This document shows positions 16,501 to 24,130 of a stretch of 42,653 nucleotides of DNA, in pieces. The translations under genes and the position numbers were made by a program. Positions within the stretch are counted from its first letter, which is position 1, and each line of letters starts with the position of its first letter. This DNA comes from Gammaproteobacteria bacterium (GTDB lineage Bacteria > Pseudomonadota > Gammaproteobacteria > Steroidobacterales > Rariloculaceae). Location of the stretch: positions 1 to 42,653 of the forward strand of contig JAOTTJ010000001.1 in the NCBI GenBank assembly GCA_029864465.1. The letters run 5' to 3'. Under the pieces are notes generated by a model. The model was given only the letters and a program-made list of their open reading frames with translations. It searched no databases and was not told where the DNA came from.

Positions 16501-17607
16501 ATGAGTGCGCTGATACCTCTTACAGAACCTCCGCAAGCCGTCTGCATCATCCGGTTGTCCGCGATTGGCGATACCTGCCATACGGTGCCTGTTGTGCGAG
16601 CGCTGCAGGACGCCTGGCCCCAGACAGCCATCACGTGGATCGTCGGTAAGGTCGAGCACAGCTTGCTCGAGGGGCTCGAGGGCGTCGAGTTCATCATTCT
16701 CGACAAGACCAAGGGTTGGGCTGGCTATCGCGAAGTCCGTCGTGCGCTGCGCGGCCGGCGATTTCCGCTACTGCTGCACATGCATGCCTCGCTGCGCGCC
16801 AATATCGTGAGCACGCTCGTCTCAGCCAAGGTCCGCCTTGGGTTCGATCGCGCGCGTGCGCGCGATCATCAGTGGCTATTCACGAATAAACGGCTGCCGC
16901 CAACGCCGCAGCAACACGTCATGAACGGCTTGTTCGAGTTCGCCGACGCGCTTGGCGTGCCGCACGGCAAGCCGCACTGGGATATACCTCTCGGCGATGC
17001 GGATCGCGAATTCGCCGCCGAGCACGTTGATGGATTGCGACCGACGCTGATGATCAGTCCTTGCACAGGGCAACGGTTTCGCAACTACAGAAATTGGAGC
17101 GTCGAGCGTTACGCGAACGTCGCCGACTATGCAGCCGCGCACTATGGCGCGCAGATCGTGCTGACCGGCGGTCCGACGGAACTCGAGCGCGAGTACGGTG
17201 AGCGGATCTCAGCGAACGTATTCGAGCCTACGACGAACCTGATCGGCCGCACGACGCTCAAGCAGCTACTCGCGATTATTGAGCGGGCCACCGTCGTGCT
17301 GTGCCCGGATTCCGGGCCAGCGCACATGGCGACCGCCGTCGGCACGCCTGTTGTCGGTCTCTACGCGACGTCGAATCGTTATCGAACCGGCCCGTGGGCG
17401 AGCCAGCACCTGGTCGTCGATAGGTATCCGCAAGCCGTCGCGGCCGAGTTTCATAAGCGCGTCGAGGATCTGCGGTGGGGCGAGCGTGTGCGCGATCCAG
17501 GTGCCATGGATCTGATCGAGGTCGCTGACGTGACGCGCAAGCTAGACGTCGCCTTTTCCCAGCAGAACATCGCCCCACGGGTCGAAGACCTGCTCGCTCG
17601 GCCTTGA
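16501..17607 (+). CDS. Glycosyltransferase family 9 (LPS heptosyltransferase-like)
   Basis: 368 aa. The N-terminal ICIIRLSAIGDTCHTVPVVRALQDAWPQTAITWIV is the characteristic GT9 opening. C-terminal LCPDSGPAHMATAVGTPVVGLY is the conserved nucleotide-sugar site. Confidence 0.8.
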   Translation: MSALIPLTEPPQAVCIIRLSAIGDTCHTVPVVRALQDAWPQTAITWIVGKVEHSLLEGLEGVEFIILDKTKGWAGYREVRRALRGRRFPLLLHMHASLRANIVSTLVSAKVRLGFDRARARDHQWLFTNKRLPPTPQQHVMNGLFEFADALGVPHGKPHWDIPLGDADREFAAEHVDGLRPTLMISPCTGQRFRNYRNWSVERYANVADYAAAHYGAQIVLTGGPTELEREYGERISANVFEPTTNLIGRTTLKQLLAIIERATVVLCPDSGPAHMATAVGTPVVGLYATSNRYRTGPWASQHLVVDRYPQAVAAEFHKRVEDLRWGERVRDPGAMDLIEVADVTRKLDVAFSQQNIAPRVEDLLARP

Positions 17608-17622
17608 GCTATCGGGATAGTT

Positions 17623-17640
17623 GGGGTCAGAGTAGACCCC
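17623..17640. repeat. REP-like element, locus C (single copy, small hairpin)
   Basis: GGGGTCAGAGTAGACCCC. It has the same GGGGTCAGAGT core as 6093-6103, the arms GGGGTC/GACCCC can pair, and it lies 16 nt after the stop at 17607. Confidence 0.4.
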
Positions 17641-17690
17641 TACGATCCTGAATTGTCGTACGATTGAAGCTATCTAGCTGGAGAAGGACG

Positions 17691-18599
17691 ATGGTTGACC
17701 GGTACACATTGCGTCGCTTCGATGATGCGCCACCCGAGGCGATTCAGGAGGCGCTGGAGCGCAGTGAAGTTGTCTACTTCGAGCAAAGCCCCGTGCCGTT
17801 GCCGTCGGAGGAAGATCTCGATTTCCTTCGCGAGGAGTTGCCGCGGCAGCACAAGGTCAAGAACGTCAGCTATCATCCCGAGTCGGATTCGATTCCACGA
17901 TTCGAAGCGTCCACGGAGATTCAAGAGCGGACGAAGCAGATTCTGAAATCTCACCGCGCCGAGGTCGAGGCCTTCTTTCGGCGCAACGCGCCGGCGTGGA
18001 CGCCGGGTTGGACGGTCGGCACGAGCAGCTTTCGTGCGGTCGAGGAAAAAGGCCGCGATCTGAAGCCGCGCTCCAATAATGAGATCGTGCATATCGATGC
18101 AGGGGCCTACGGCGCGACGAACGGCAATCGAATCTTGCGGTTTTTCATCAACGTCAATCCTAGCGTGGACCGCGTCTGGGGCACGAAGGGCAGTTTCGCT
18201 GAGCTGTTTGCCAGCCAGGGGGCGTTCGTCGAAGCCGCGCGCGGTAAGCATGGCCGGATTCGGCTCGAGAAATCCGTAGGCGATAGGCTCTTTAGCGGCG
18301 TCGTCCGTGGCTTGAGTAAGGTCTATCCGCTGTTGCGGGTCATCGACTCGAGCCCCTACGACCGAGCGATGCGCCGGATCCACAACTACATGAAGGACAC
18401 CGAGAGCTTCCGCAATGATACGACGGGCTACAAAGAGATCCGTTTCCCGCCTTTCTCGGCATGGTCGGTGTTTACCGACGGCATCAGCCACTCAGCCGTG
18501 TCGGGGCAGTTCGCGTTGATCACGACCATACTCGTGCCGCTGGAGAATATGGTTCAGCCGGAGCTTGCGCCGTACAACATTCTCGCCGCCGCGAGCTGA
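17691..18599 (+). CDS. Kdo-hydroxylase-like (KdoO family) Fe(II)/2-oxoglutarate dioxygenase, tentative
   Basis: ATG at 17691 directly after GGAGAAGGACG. HxD facial-triad candidate (IVHIDAGAY) followed by NRILRFFINVNP, and a distal His (GISHSAV). It lies immediately downstream of a GT9 gene. The family call is from memory of the Kdo_hydroxy pattern. Confidence 0.5.
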   Translation: MVDRYTLRRFDDAPPEAIQEALERSEVVYFEQSPVPLPSEEDLDFLREELPRQHKVKNVSYHPESDSIPRFEASTEIQERTKQILKSHRAEVEAFFRRNAPAWTPGWTVGTSSFRAVEEKGRDLKPRSNNEIVHIDAGAYGATNGNRILRFFINVNPSVDRVWGTKGSFAELFASQGAFVEAARGKHGRIRLEKSVGDRLFSGVVRGLSKVYPLLRVIDSSPYDRAMRRIHNYMKDTESFRNDTTGYKEIRFPPFSAWSVFTDGISHSAVSGQFALITTILVPLENMVQPELAPYNILAAAS

Positions 18600-18624
18600 C
18601 CCCAAAGATTCCAAAAATTCTTCG

Positions 18625-18888
18625 TTAGCGCTGGTCGTCGCGGAGCTTGGCGAGCGCCAGCAATGCCGCTCCCGTGCGTGAGAAATCGTCGCGGCCTTCG
18701 AGCTCGTGCGCGATGAGCCGCTCGGCGAGCTTGCGATCGCCATGACAGGCGCGCAGCAGGTCGGTCTCGACATCGACGCCGCTGCCGGCAGCGCGCCCCG
18801 GGTGCCGGCCCCGGTCGCGATAGCGCTTGAGCAGCACGATGACGGCGACGACGATGATCGCTATGAGAATGACGGGGGCGTCGGTCAT
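18625..18888 (-). CDS. Small single-pass membrane protein (87 aa), hypothetical
   Basis: This is the C-terminal part of track ORF 18625..19239. The ATG at 18888..18886 shares a base with the DUF4159 stop (TGATG). MTDAPVILIAIIVVAVIVLLKRYRDRG gives a TM helix plus a positive patch. Confidence 0.45.
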   Translation of the reverse strand: MTDAPVILIAIIVVAVIVLLKRYRDRGRHPGRAAGSGVDVETDLLRACHGDRKLAERLIAHELEGRDDFSRTGAALLALAKLRDDQR

Positions 18889-19727
18889 CAATGCGTCATC
18901 GCGTAGATGATGTAGTTGATACCGAAGCGGTACGCCAGTGCCGTCATCGGCTCGGGGTAGGTCGGGTCGTCGGCATGCTCCCAGGCGTCGCCCATGTCCA
19001 TGTTGAAATTGATGGCGACCATGAGGCGACCGTCGTCGTCGTAGATGCCGCGCCAGTGAGGCGGGCCCTGCATGCGAGCAGCGACGTTGCCGGCTCCCCA
19101 GCGTAGATGGCGGTGGCCCGGAATCTGTGTGCGCTGGTCCAGATCGTAGAGGATATGCAGCAGCGCGTCGGTCTCGGGGATTTCGACAATTTGCCGGTCC
19201 GGAAGCACGCGGAAGATCGACTCGGTGAAGACCGACCATTCGTACTCACCATGGAAGTCGTCGACGACGAGAAATCCGCCGCGCAGCAGATACTCGCGCA
19301 GCTGGTCCGTCTCGGTGTCGGACAGATACCAATGCCCGACCTGCTGGGCGAACAACCACGGGAAGTCGAAGATCCGGTCGTCGAAAGCGCGGGTATGGAA
19401 GCTGTCATCGGCAACGTCGAGCCGCGTGAGCCGTTGCAGCCCGCGCGTGATGTGACACTCGGCTTCGGGCCAGTCGATGGCCCACCAGGGGCGCCAGCCG
19501 CCTTGAACCCGCCCGCTCGCATCCGTGTACATGAGCCGCGCCATGTGAAACTCGGCCTCGGGCTGGGCGGGGTCGTTGTCGCTCGTCGTCCGGCCAGGGC
19601 CGAAGCAGTAGCTGCTGCTGTACCGTTGTGCCATGGCCGGGTCGTTTTGTACGAGGACGGCTACGGCGAGCACGCTCGCAACCAAGCAGGCGGGAAAGGA
19701 GCGGCGCTGACCACGCTGAGACGACAT
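18888..19727 (-). CDS. DUF4159 domain-containing exported protein
   Basis: 279 aa with a signal peptide. FHMARLMY...W..DWPEAE...L..LT, FPWLF...G...LSDTE...LREYLLRGGFLVVDDFHG fits the DUF4159 pattern as I remember it. Confidence 0.7.
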   Translation of the reverse strand: MSSQRGQRRSFPACLVASVLAVAVLVQNDPAMAQRYSSSYCFGPGRTTSDNDPAQPEAEFHMARLMYTDASGRVQGGWRPWWAIDWPEAECHITRGLQRLTRLDVADDSFHTRAFDDRIFDFPWLFAQQVGHWYLSDTETDQLREYLLRGGFLVVDDFHGEYEWSVFTESIFRVLPDRQIVEIPETDALLHILYDLDQRTQIPGHRHLRWGAGNVAARMQGPPHWRGIYDDDGRLMVAINFNMDMGDAWEHADDPTYPEPMTALAYRFGINYIIYAMTH

Positions 19728-19811
19728 TCGGACATTATAGGACTGATCGCGCCCCTCCCTGGAAAATCGGGGGGCGTGACCCGAGTTCTCGGATCTCGAA
19801 ACTGTGTCCAG

Positions 19812-19852
19812 AAAAAACTGGGCGCCGGGCTGCTCTCACAGCCGCGGCGCCC
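19812..19852 (-). terminator. Intrinsic terminator of the DUF5666 copy-1 gene
   Basis: On the minus strand: GGGCGCCGCGGCTG, TGAGAG, CAGCCCGGCGCCC (one bulge), followed by CAGTTTTTT. The hairpin starts 27 nt after the stop at 19880. Confidence 0.6.
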
Positions 19853-19879
19853 GAGTAGCCGGCATTGTGCCTGCGTCCG

Positions 19880-21355
19880 CTACGGGGTCTCGTACTCGAC
19901 CTCGTCCGCGTCGATAGCCGTGTCCGCGACTTCCGTACCTTGAACTTTCACGAGCTCGCCATCGGGTGGGCGAGCGAAGAACGCTACCGAGCCGATTGAC
20001 GCATCGGTCTCGTCGCGGAAATCCATGTCCAACACGTTATCCGTGTCGATCGTGACGCCGAGGATCGTCATCGACGTCCCGGCGACGGTCTCGACGATGC
20101 CTTGCAGGATCGTGTCGTCGGTCATCCCGACTTCGCGCTCGAGCCGTGCTGCGAGCACCTCGCCGGGCGCATTCGGGGCTTCGCTGCCGCGGACCGCAAT
20201 GAAGTCACCCGCGACAATGTTGCCCAGACCGAATGGCTCGACATCATCACGTTTGTCCTCGATGCGTGTCAGGCTGTCGACGTGAATCGTGATACCGAGC
20301 ACGGTCACGGTGCCGGCACTCGGAGGGGAATCCACGAGTCCCTCGATTTCCACGACGCTGTCGCGGCGAATGTCGACCTTATCGGCGACGAGCACGCCGG
20401 CCGAGTTTAGATCGCCCTCGACCTCGACCTTGACGTTGAGAGCGAGGTCATTCGCACTGGCGATACCGATAGGCTCGAAGACCGTCTGATTGTTCGTCGT
20501 GACGGGGTATCCCGAGACGTCGAAGTCTGTCGCGTCGTTGAAGCGTGTGATCAAGCCCTCGATCTCGACGTGATCGTCGGCGTTGCCGGCGATCTGGGCG
20601 CCCTTGAACTCGACCTCGGTCGCTGTCAGCGTATTGCTCGCGATTTCGAAGTCTATGCCCTTGGCCTCGACGAGATCGCCGTCGTCGATATCGCCGCCCG
20701 GGAAGTTGCGGATGCTACCCGCCGTCGAGTAATCCACGACGAGCCCGTTGATCATGAACGTCATCGCGCCGGAGAGGTGACCTTCGACGATGCCCGTAAC
20801 TTCGAACTCATCGCCCGGTAACAGATTCTTGAGTTCGATACGTGTTGCGAGAATGTCGCCGTCGGAGTTGACGAAGCCGGATACCTCGACGACGTCAGTC
20901 ACAGCGAGGCCATCGATCGAGGCCGGCACTATCGAGTCGTCGAAAGACGTATCTGCTGTGATGCGCACGGTTTGGCCGAGGACGATGAGCGTCGATGCGT
21001 CCGGTTTGGCGCTGATCGGCCCTTCGACGTTGTCGTTGAACGTGACTGAGGCGGCCGTGCCGGTCGTTCGGGACGCTGCAAGCGTGCCCTCGATCAGCAC
21101 GACGTCGCCGACCTCGAGCTCAGCTTCGGTGCCCGGCGAGTCGTCAATCGTGAACGTCGCCGTGCTCGTGTCGTAACGCACGCCGTTGACGATGATGCTG
21201 CCGAAGCCCGAAATCGAGCCGTACGCGAACGCAGCGCTCGGGCTGCCCGTTCGATCGATGCCTGCAACGGTGGGACCTGAGGTACCGCCGCACGCCGCAA
21301 CTAGTACGGCCGCGCCGATGACGCTAACTATCTGTAGTGATGTATGCGGTTTCAT
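19880..21355 (-). CDS. Lipoprotein made of about six tandem DUF5666-type modules, copy 1
   Basis: 491 aa. Lipobox LVAACGG. Repeated pattern [VI]EG.I........[ILV].V.G..[VI]......T.F.D, for example GFGSIIVNGVRYDTS. It is collinear and highly similar over its whole length to 22317..23786. Confidence 0.8.
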   Translation of the reverse strand: MKPHTSLQIVSVIGAAVLVAACGGTSGPTVAGIDRTGSPSAAFAYGSISGFGSIIVNGVRYDTSTATFTIDDSPGTEAELEVGDVVLIEGTLAASRTTGTAASVTFNDNVEGPISAKPDASTLIVLGQTVRITADTSFDDSIVPASIDGLAVTDVVEVSGFVNSDGDILATRIELKNLLPGDEFEVTGIVEGHLSGAMTFMINGLVVDYSTAGSIRNFPGGDIDDGDLVEAKGIDFEIASNTLTATEVEFKGAQIAGNADDHVEIEGLITRFNDATDFDVSGYPVTTNNQTVFEPIGIASANDLALNVKVEVEGDLNSAGVLVADKVDIRRDSVVEIEGLVDSPPSAGTVTVLGITIHVDSLTRIEDKRDDVEPFGLGNIVAGDFIAVRGSEAPNAPGEVLAARLEREVGMTDDTILQGIVETVAGTSMTILGVTIDTDNVLDMDFRDETDASIGSVAFFARPPDGELVKVQGTEVADTAIDADEVEYETP

Positions 21356-21361
21356 GGCTTT

Positions 21362-22171
21362 CTACCTTTTGGTTTCATCGTGTATCAGATAGACGCCGGC
21401 CCCGAGACGGACGCTCTCTGACGTAGAAGATTCGGTTTCGTTGACTTGATGTTCGGACAGCCAGGCGTCGATCTCTTCGAGAAAGGCCTGGCCGCGGGTG
21501 TCGAGATATTTTCGGAAATCTTCGAGGTGACTTCGGGCAACACGCGGGTTCGAGGCCATGCCTTCGAACCGCGGTGGCTCCGTACGCTCGCTGTCAACGT
21601 TGTGCGCGAGCGTCATACCGTGGTCGTGCAGCGCCACGCCGACCTGACGCAGCATGTCGGGATCGAGCGGGCTGCGGATGTACTCGCGCGCGCGCACCTC
21701 GTATACGCTCGGCTCGACCTCGGCAATGAGCTCGAGCTTCAGCAACTCCTTGGTCAGCGCGCCGTGCGGCGTGTCGCCCGCGTAACGTTTTAGCAGGGTT
21801 GCGAGGCTTGCGCCGTTGCCATCGGCCGGAAGCCTAGCGGGGTGTCCGCCAGCATTAAGAAAATCGGTATCGAGATGCCAGCCCGAAAGTACTTGCGCGA
21901 TACTGCTGCCCGCGGGCTGTTTCGGATCCTCGACCCCGGCCAGCGTTTTGCGTACGCGGGTGACCTCGCGCCGGCTCAAGCCCGTAATCATGGCTACGCG
22001 CGAGGCATTCGTCGGACGCCCCTGTAGCCCATAATCTCGTCCGGCGACAGCGACATAGACCTCTTTGCCGAGCTCGGCAAACTCCGCCCATGTGATGCCG
22101 CTGCGCTGCAGCAGGCGCACGACGGGGACGAGCAGGTGGCGACAGGCCTTGAGTAGCGCGGTTTTGGTCAT
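21362..22171 (-). CDS. HTH-containing regulator-like protein (DUF6502-like), intact copy
   Basis: 269 aa, ending 6 nt upstream of the DUF5666 start. The N-terminal LLVPVVRLLQRSGITWAEFAELGKEVYVAVA...TNASRVAMITGLSRREVTRVRKTL looks like a helix-turn-helix. The DUF6502 assignment is from memory. Confidence 0.55.
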   Translation of the reverse strand: MTKTALLKACRHLLVPVVRLLQRSGITWAEFAELGKEVYVAVAGRDYGLQGRPTNASRVAMITGLSRREVTRVRKTLAGVEDPKQPAGSSIAQVLSGWHLDTDFLNAGGHPARLPADGNGASLATLLKRYAGDTPHGALTKELLKLELIAEVEPSVYEVRAREYIRSPLDPDMLRQVGVALHDHGMTLAHNVDSERTEPPRFEGMASNPRVARSHLEDFRKYLDTRGQAFLEEIDAWLSEHQVNETESSTSESVRLGAGVYLIHDETKR

Positions 22172-22186
22172 GCGTAGAGGGAATAT

Positions 22187-22209
22187 ATATGGGCTACGCT
22201 AGCACATAT
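22187..22209. promoter_or_regulatory. Dyad-symmetric candidate operator upstream of the DUF6502-like gene
   Basis: ATATG-G-GCTA-CGC-TAGC-A-CATAT, with 5+4 bp symmetric arms, located 16 nt upstream of the ATG at 22171. It is conserved at 23948..23974. Confidence 0.4.
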
Positions 22210-22279
22210 GGTCGATCTATTGTGCGAGCGGCAACATAAGGTCGAATGGTCGCGTGTCTTCATTCGAGGGACCGGAAAC

Positions 22280-22307
22280 GCCCCGGCGGGTACGTACCCG
22301 CCGGGGC
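22280..22307 (-). terminator. Perfect 28-bp palindrome after the DUF5666 copy-2 gene
   Basis: GCCCCGGCGGGTAC/GTACCCGCCGGGGC are exact reverse complements. The palindrome sits 10 nt after the stop at 22317 and is followed on the minus strand only by a weak GTTTCC tract. Confidence 0.45.
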
Positions 22308-22316
22308 TTCAGGTCG

Positions 22317-23786
22317 CTACGGGGTCTCGAACTCGACTTCGATGGCGGCGATGTCCGTCACGCCCACCTCCGTGCCTTTGGCCTTGACGACCAGGCCATC
22401 CGGTGGGCGACCGAAGAATCCGGCCGAGCCGATTGGCATATCGTTCTCGTCCTCGAAGTTCTGGTCCGTCACGCCGCTCGTGTCGATTCTGACGCCGAGG
22501 ATCGTGATCACGGGCTCCGCTACCGACTCGACGATGCCCTGCAGAATCGTGTCGTCGGGATCGTCGCGTTCGAGCCGGGCTGCGAGCACCTCGCCGGGGG
22601 CGTTCGGGTCTTCGCTGCCGCGCACGGCGATGAAGTCGCCTACGACGATGTTACCCAGGCCGAACGTCTGCATGTCGTCACGCTTGTCCTCGATGCGCGT
22701 CAGGTTGTCGACGTGAATCGTGATACCGAGCACGGTTACGGTACCGGCACTCGGGTCTAAATCCACGAATCCCTCGATCTCCACGACGCTGTCGCGGCGG
22801 ATATCGACTTTGTCCGCGACGAGCACGCGGTTAGCGTTAAATCTGCCTTCGACCTCGACCTTGACGTTGAGGCCGAGGATATTGACGTCGCCTTCGAACA
22901 GGGCATTGCGAGCATCGACCGTGATGCCAGAGACGTCGAAATCGTCCTGGGAGCCGAAGCGCGTGATCAGACCCTCGATCTCGGCGTGGTCGTCGGCGTC
23001 ACCGGCTAGCCCGGCTAGCTGATCGTCCTCGAAGTCGACCTCGGTCGCGACGAACTCGCCGAGTCCGTTGATGGTCAGACCTTTTGCCTCGACGAGGTCG
23101 CCATCGGTGATGACGCCACCCGGGAAGTCGTTGTCGAGCATGGCTGCTGAATAGTTGACGACGAGCGCGTTGATCATGAACGTCATCGCACCCGGGACGT
23201 GGCCTTCGACGATGCCCGTAACTTCGAACTCATCGCCCGGTCCCGGATTCTTAAGCTCTATACGCGTCGCGAGAATATCGCCGATGGAGTCGACGAAACC
23301 GGATACCTCGACGATGTCGGTAACGGCGAGGCCATCGATCGACCTCGGAACGATCGAGTCGTCGAAAGACGTATCTGCCGTGATGTGCACGGTTTGGCCG
23401 AGGACGATAAGCGTTGTGGCGTCCGGGATGGCGCTGATCGGCCCTTCGACGTTGTCGTTGAACGTGACCGAGATCGCCGTGCCAGTCGTTCCGGATGACG
23501 AAACCGTGCCATCGATAATCACGACGTCGCCGACCTCCAGATCGTCTTCTGTACCCGGTGAGTCGTCGATCGAGAACGAAGCCGAGCTCGTGTCGTAACG
23601 TACGCCGTTGACGATGATGCTCCCGAATCCCGAAATCGCACCGAACGCGACCGCGGATTCCGGAGGAACCGCACCGACATTCGGGGTGTTGGAGCTCGCG
23701 CCGCCGCCGGAGCTGCCACCGCAAGCTGCTGTGAGTGCAGCGGCGCAGACCAGAGTGAAAAATTGAAGAGCTGTTCGTGCGTTCAT
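22317..23786 (-). CDS. Lipoprotein made of about six tandem DUF5666-type modules, copy 2
   Basis: 489 aa. Lipobox LTAACGG. It shares long identical stretches with copy 1, for example ISGFGSIIVNGVRYDTS, SVTFNDNVEGPISA, TLIVLGQTV.ITADTSFDDSIVP.SIDGLAVTD and VLVADKVDIRRDSVVEIEG. Confidence 0.8.
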   Translation of the reverse strand: MNARTALQFFTLVCAAALTAACGGSSGGGASSNTPNVGAVPPESAVAFGAISGFGSIIVNGVRYDTSSASFSIDDSPGTEDDLEVGDVVIIDGTVSSSGTTGTAISVTFNDNVEGPISAIPDATTLIVLGQTVHITADTSFDDSIVPRSIDGLAVTDIVEVSGFVDSIGDILATRIELKNPGPGDEFEVTGIVEGHVPGAMTFMINALVVNYSAAMLDNDFPGGVITDGDLVEAKGLTINGLGEFVATEVDFEDDQLAGLAGDADDHAEIEGLITRFGSQDDFDVSGITVDARNALFEGDVNILGLNVKVEVEGRFNANRVLVADKVDIRRDSVVEIEGFVDLDPSAGTVTVLGITIHVDNLTRIEDKRDDMQTFGLGNIVVGDFIAVRGSEDPNAPGEVLAARLERDDPDDTILQGIVESVAEPVITILGVRIDTSGVTDQNFEDENDMPIGSAGFFGRPPDGLVVKAKGTEVGVTDIAAIEVEFETP

Positions 23787-23799
23787 AGTTGTCTACCTT

Positions 23800-23928
23800 T
23801 CAGGTTTCATCGTGTGTCAGATACACGCCGCCCCCCAGACGGACGCTTTCCAAGAAATCTTTGACGCGGCCTGTGACTTCGCGCCGATTCGCGATCGGAT
23901 GGCTGTAGGTCTCGAGTGGCGCGGCCAT
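23800..23928 (-). pseudogene. Truncated relic (42 codons) of a second DUF6502-like regulator gene
   Basis: The minus-strand translation is MAAPLETYSHPIANRREVTGRVKDFLESVRLGGGVYLTHDET*. Its last ~17 aa match the C-terminus of 21362..22171 (ESVRLGAGVYLIHDETKR). It occupies the same position relative to the DUF5666 start, with the same AAGGTAG ribosome-binding site. About 680 bp of coding sequence is missing compared with copy 1. Confidence 0.5.
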
Positions 23929-23947
23929 AGTCATATGTCAAAACTCT

Positions 23948-23974
23948 GTATATGGGCCAAATTAGCACATATAC
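23948..23974. promoter_or_regulatory. Second copy of the dyad-symmetric candidate operator
   Basis: GTATATG-G-GCCA-AAT-TAGC-A-CATATAC. The outer arms are 7 bp and perfect. The 25-nt core TATATGGGCYAMRYTAGCACATAT is shared with 22186-22210. It lies between the regulator relic and the divergent flavoprotein gene. Confidence 0.4.
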
Positions 23975-24130
23975 AGACAAAGTCAACAGTCTCGTGGTCC
24001 CCGAGTAACGGTGGGCGTCGGCGATATGCAGATCGCTTCGCTTGCACCGGAAAGCGCTCCTTGTGTCCGCGTCGGGCTAGCTGGCAAGCTAGCCCGACGA
24101 TACGGGGCTTAGGGCAAACGGAGACGTTCA

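Noticed and set aside
18889-19239. The upstream two-thirds of track ORF 18625..19239 (204 aa)
   Set aside because: It overlaps the DUF4159 coding frame and has an Arg/Pro-rich composition. Only the last 87 codons (18625..18888) look like a real gene.
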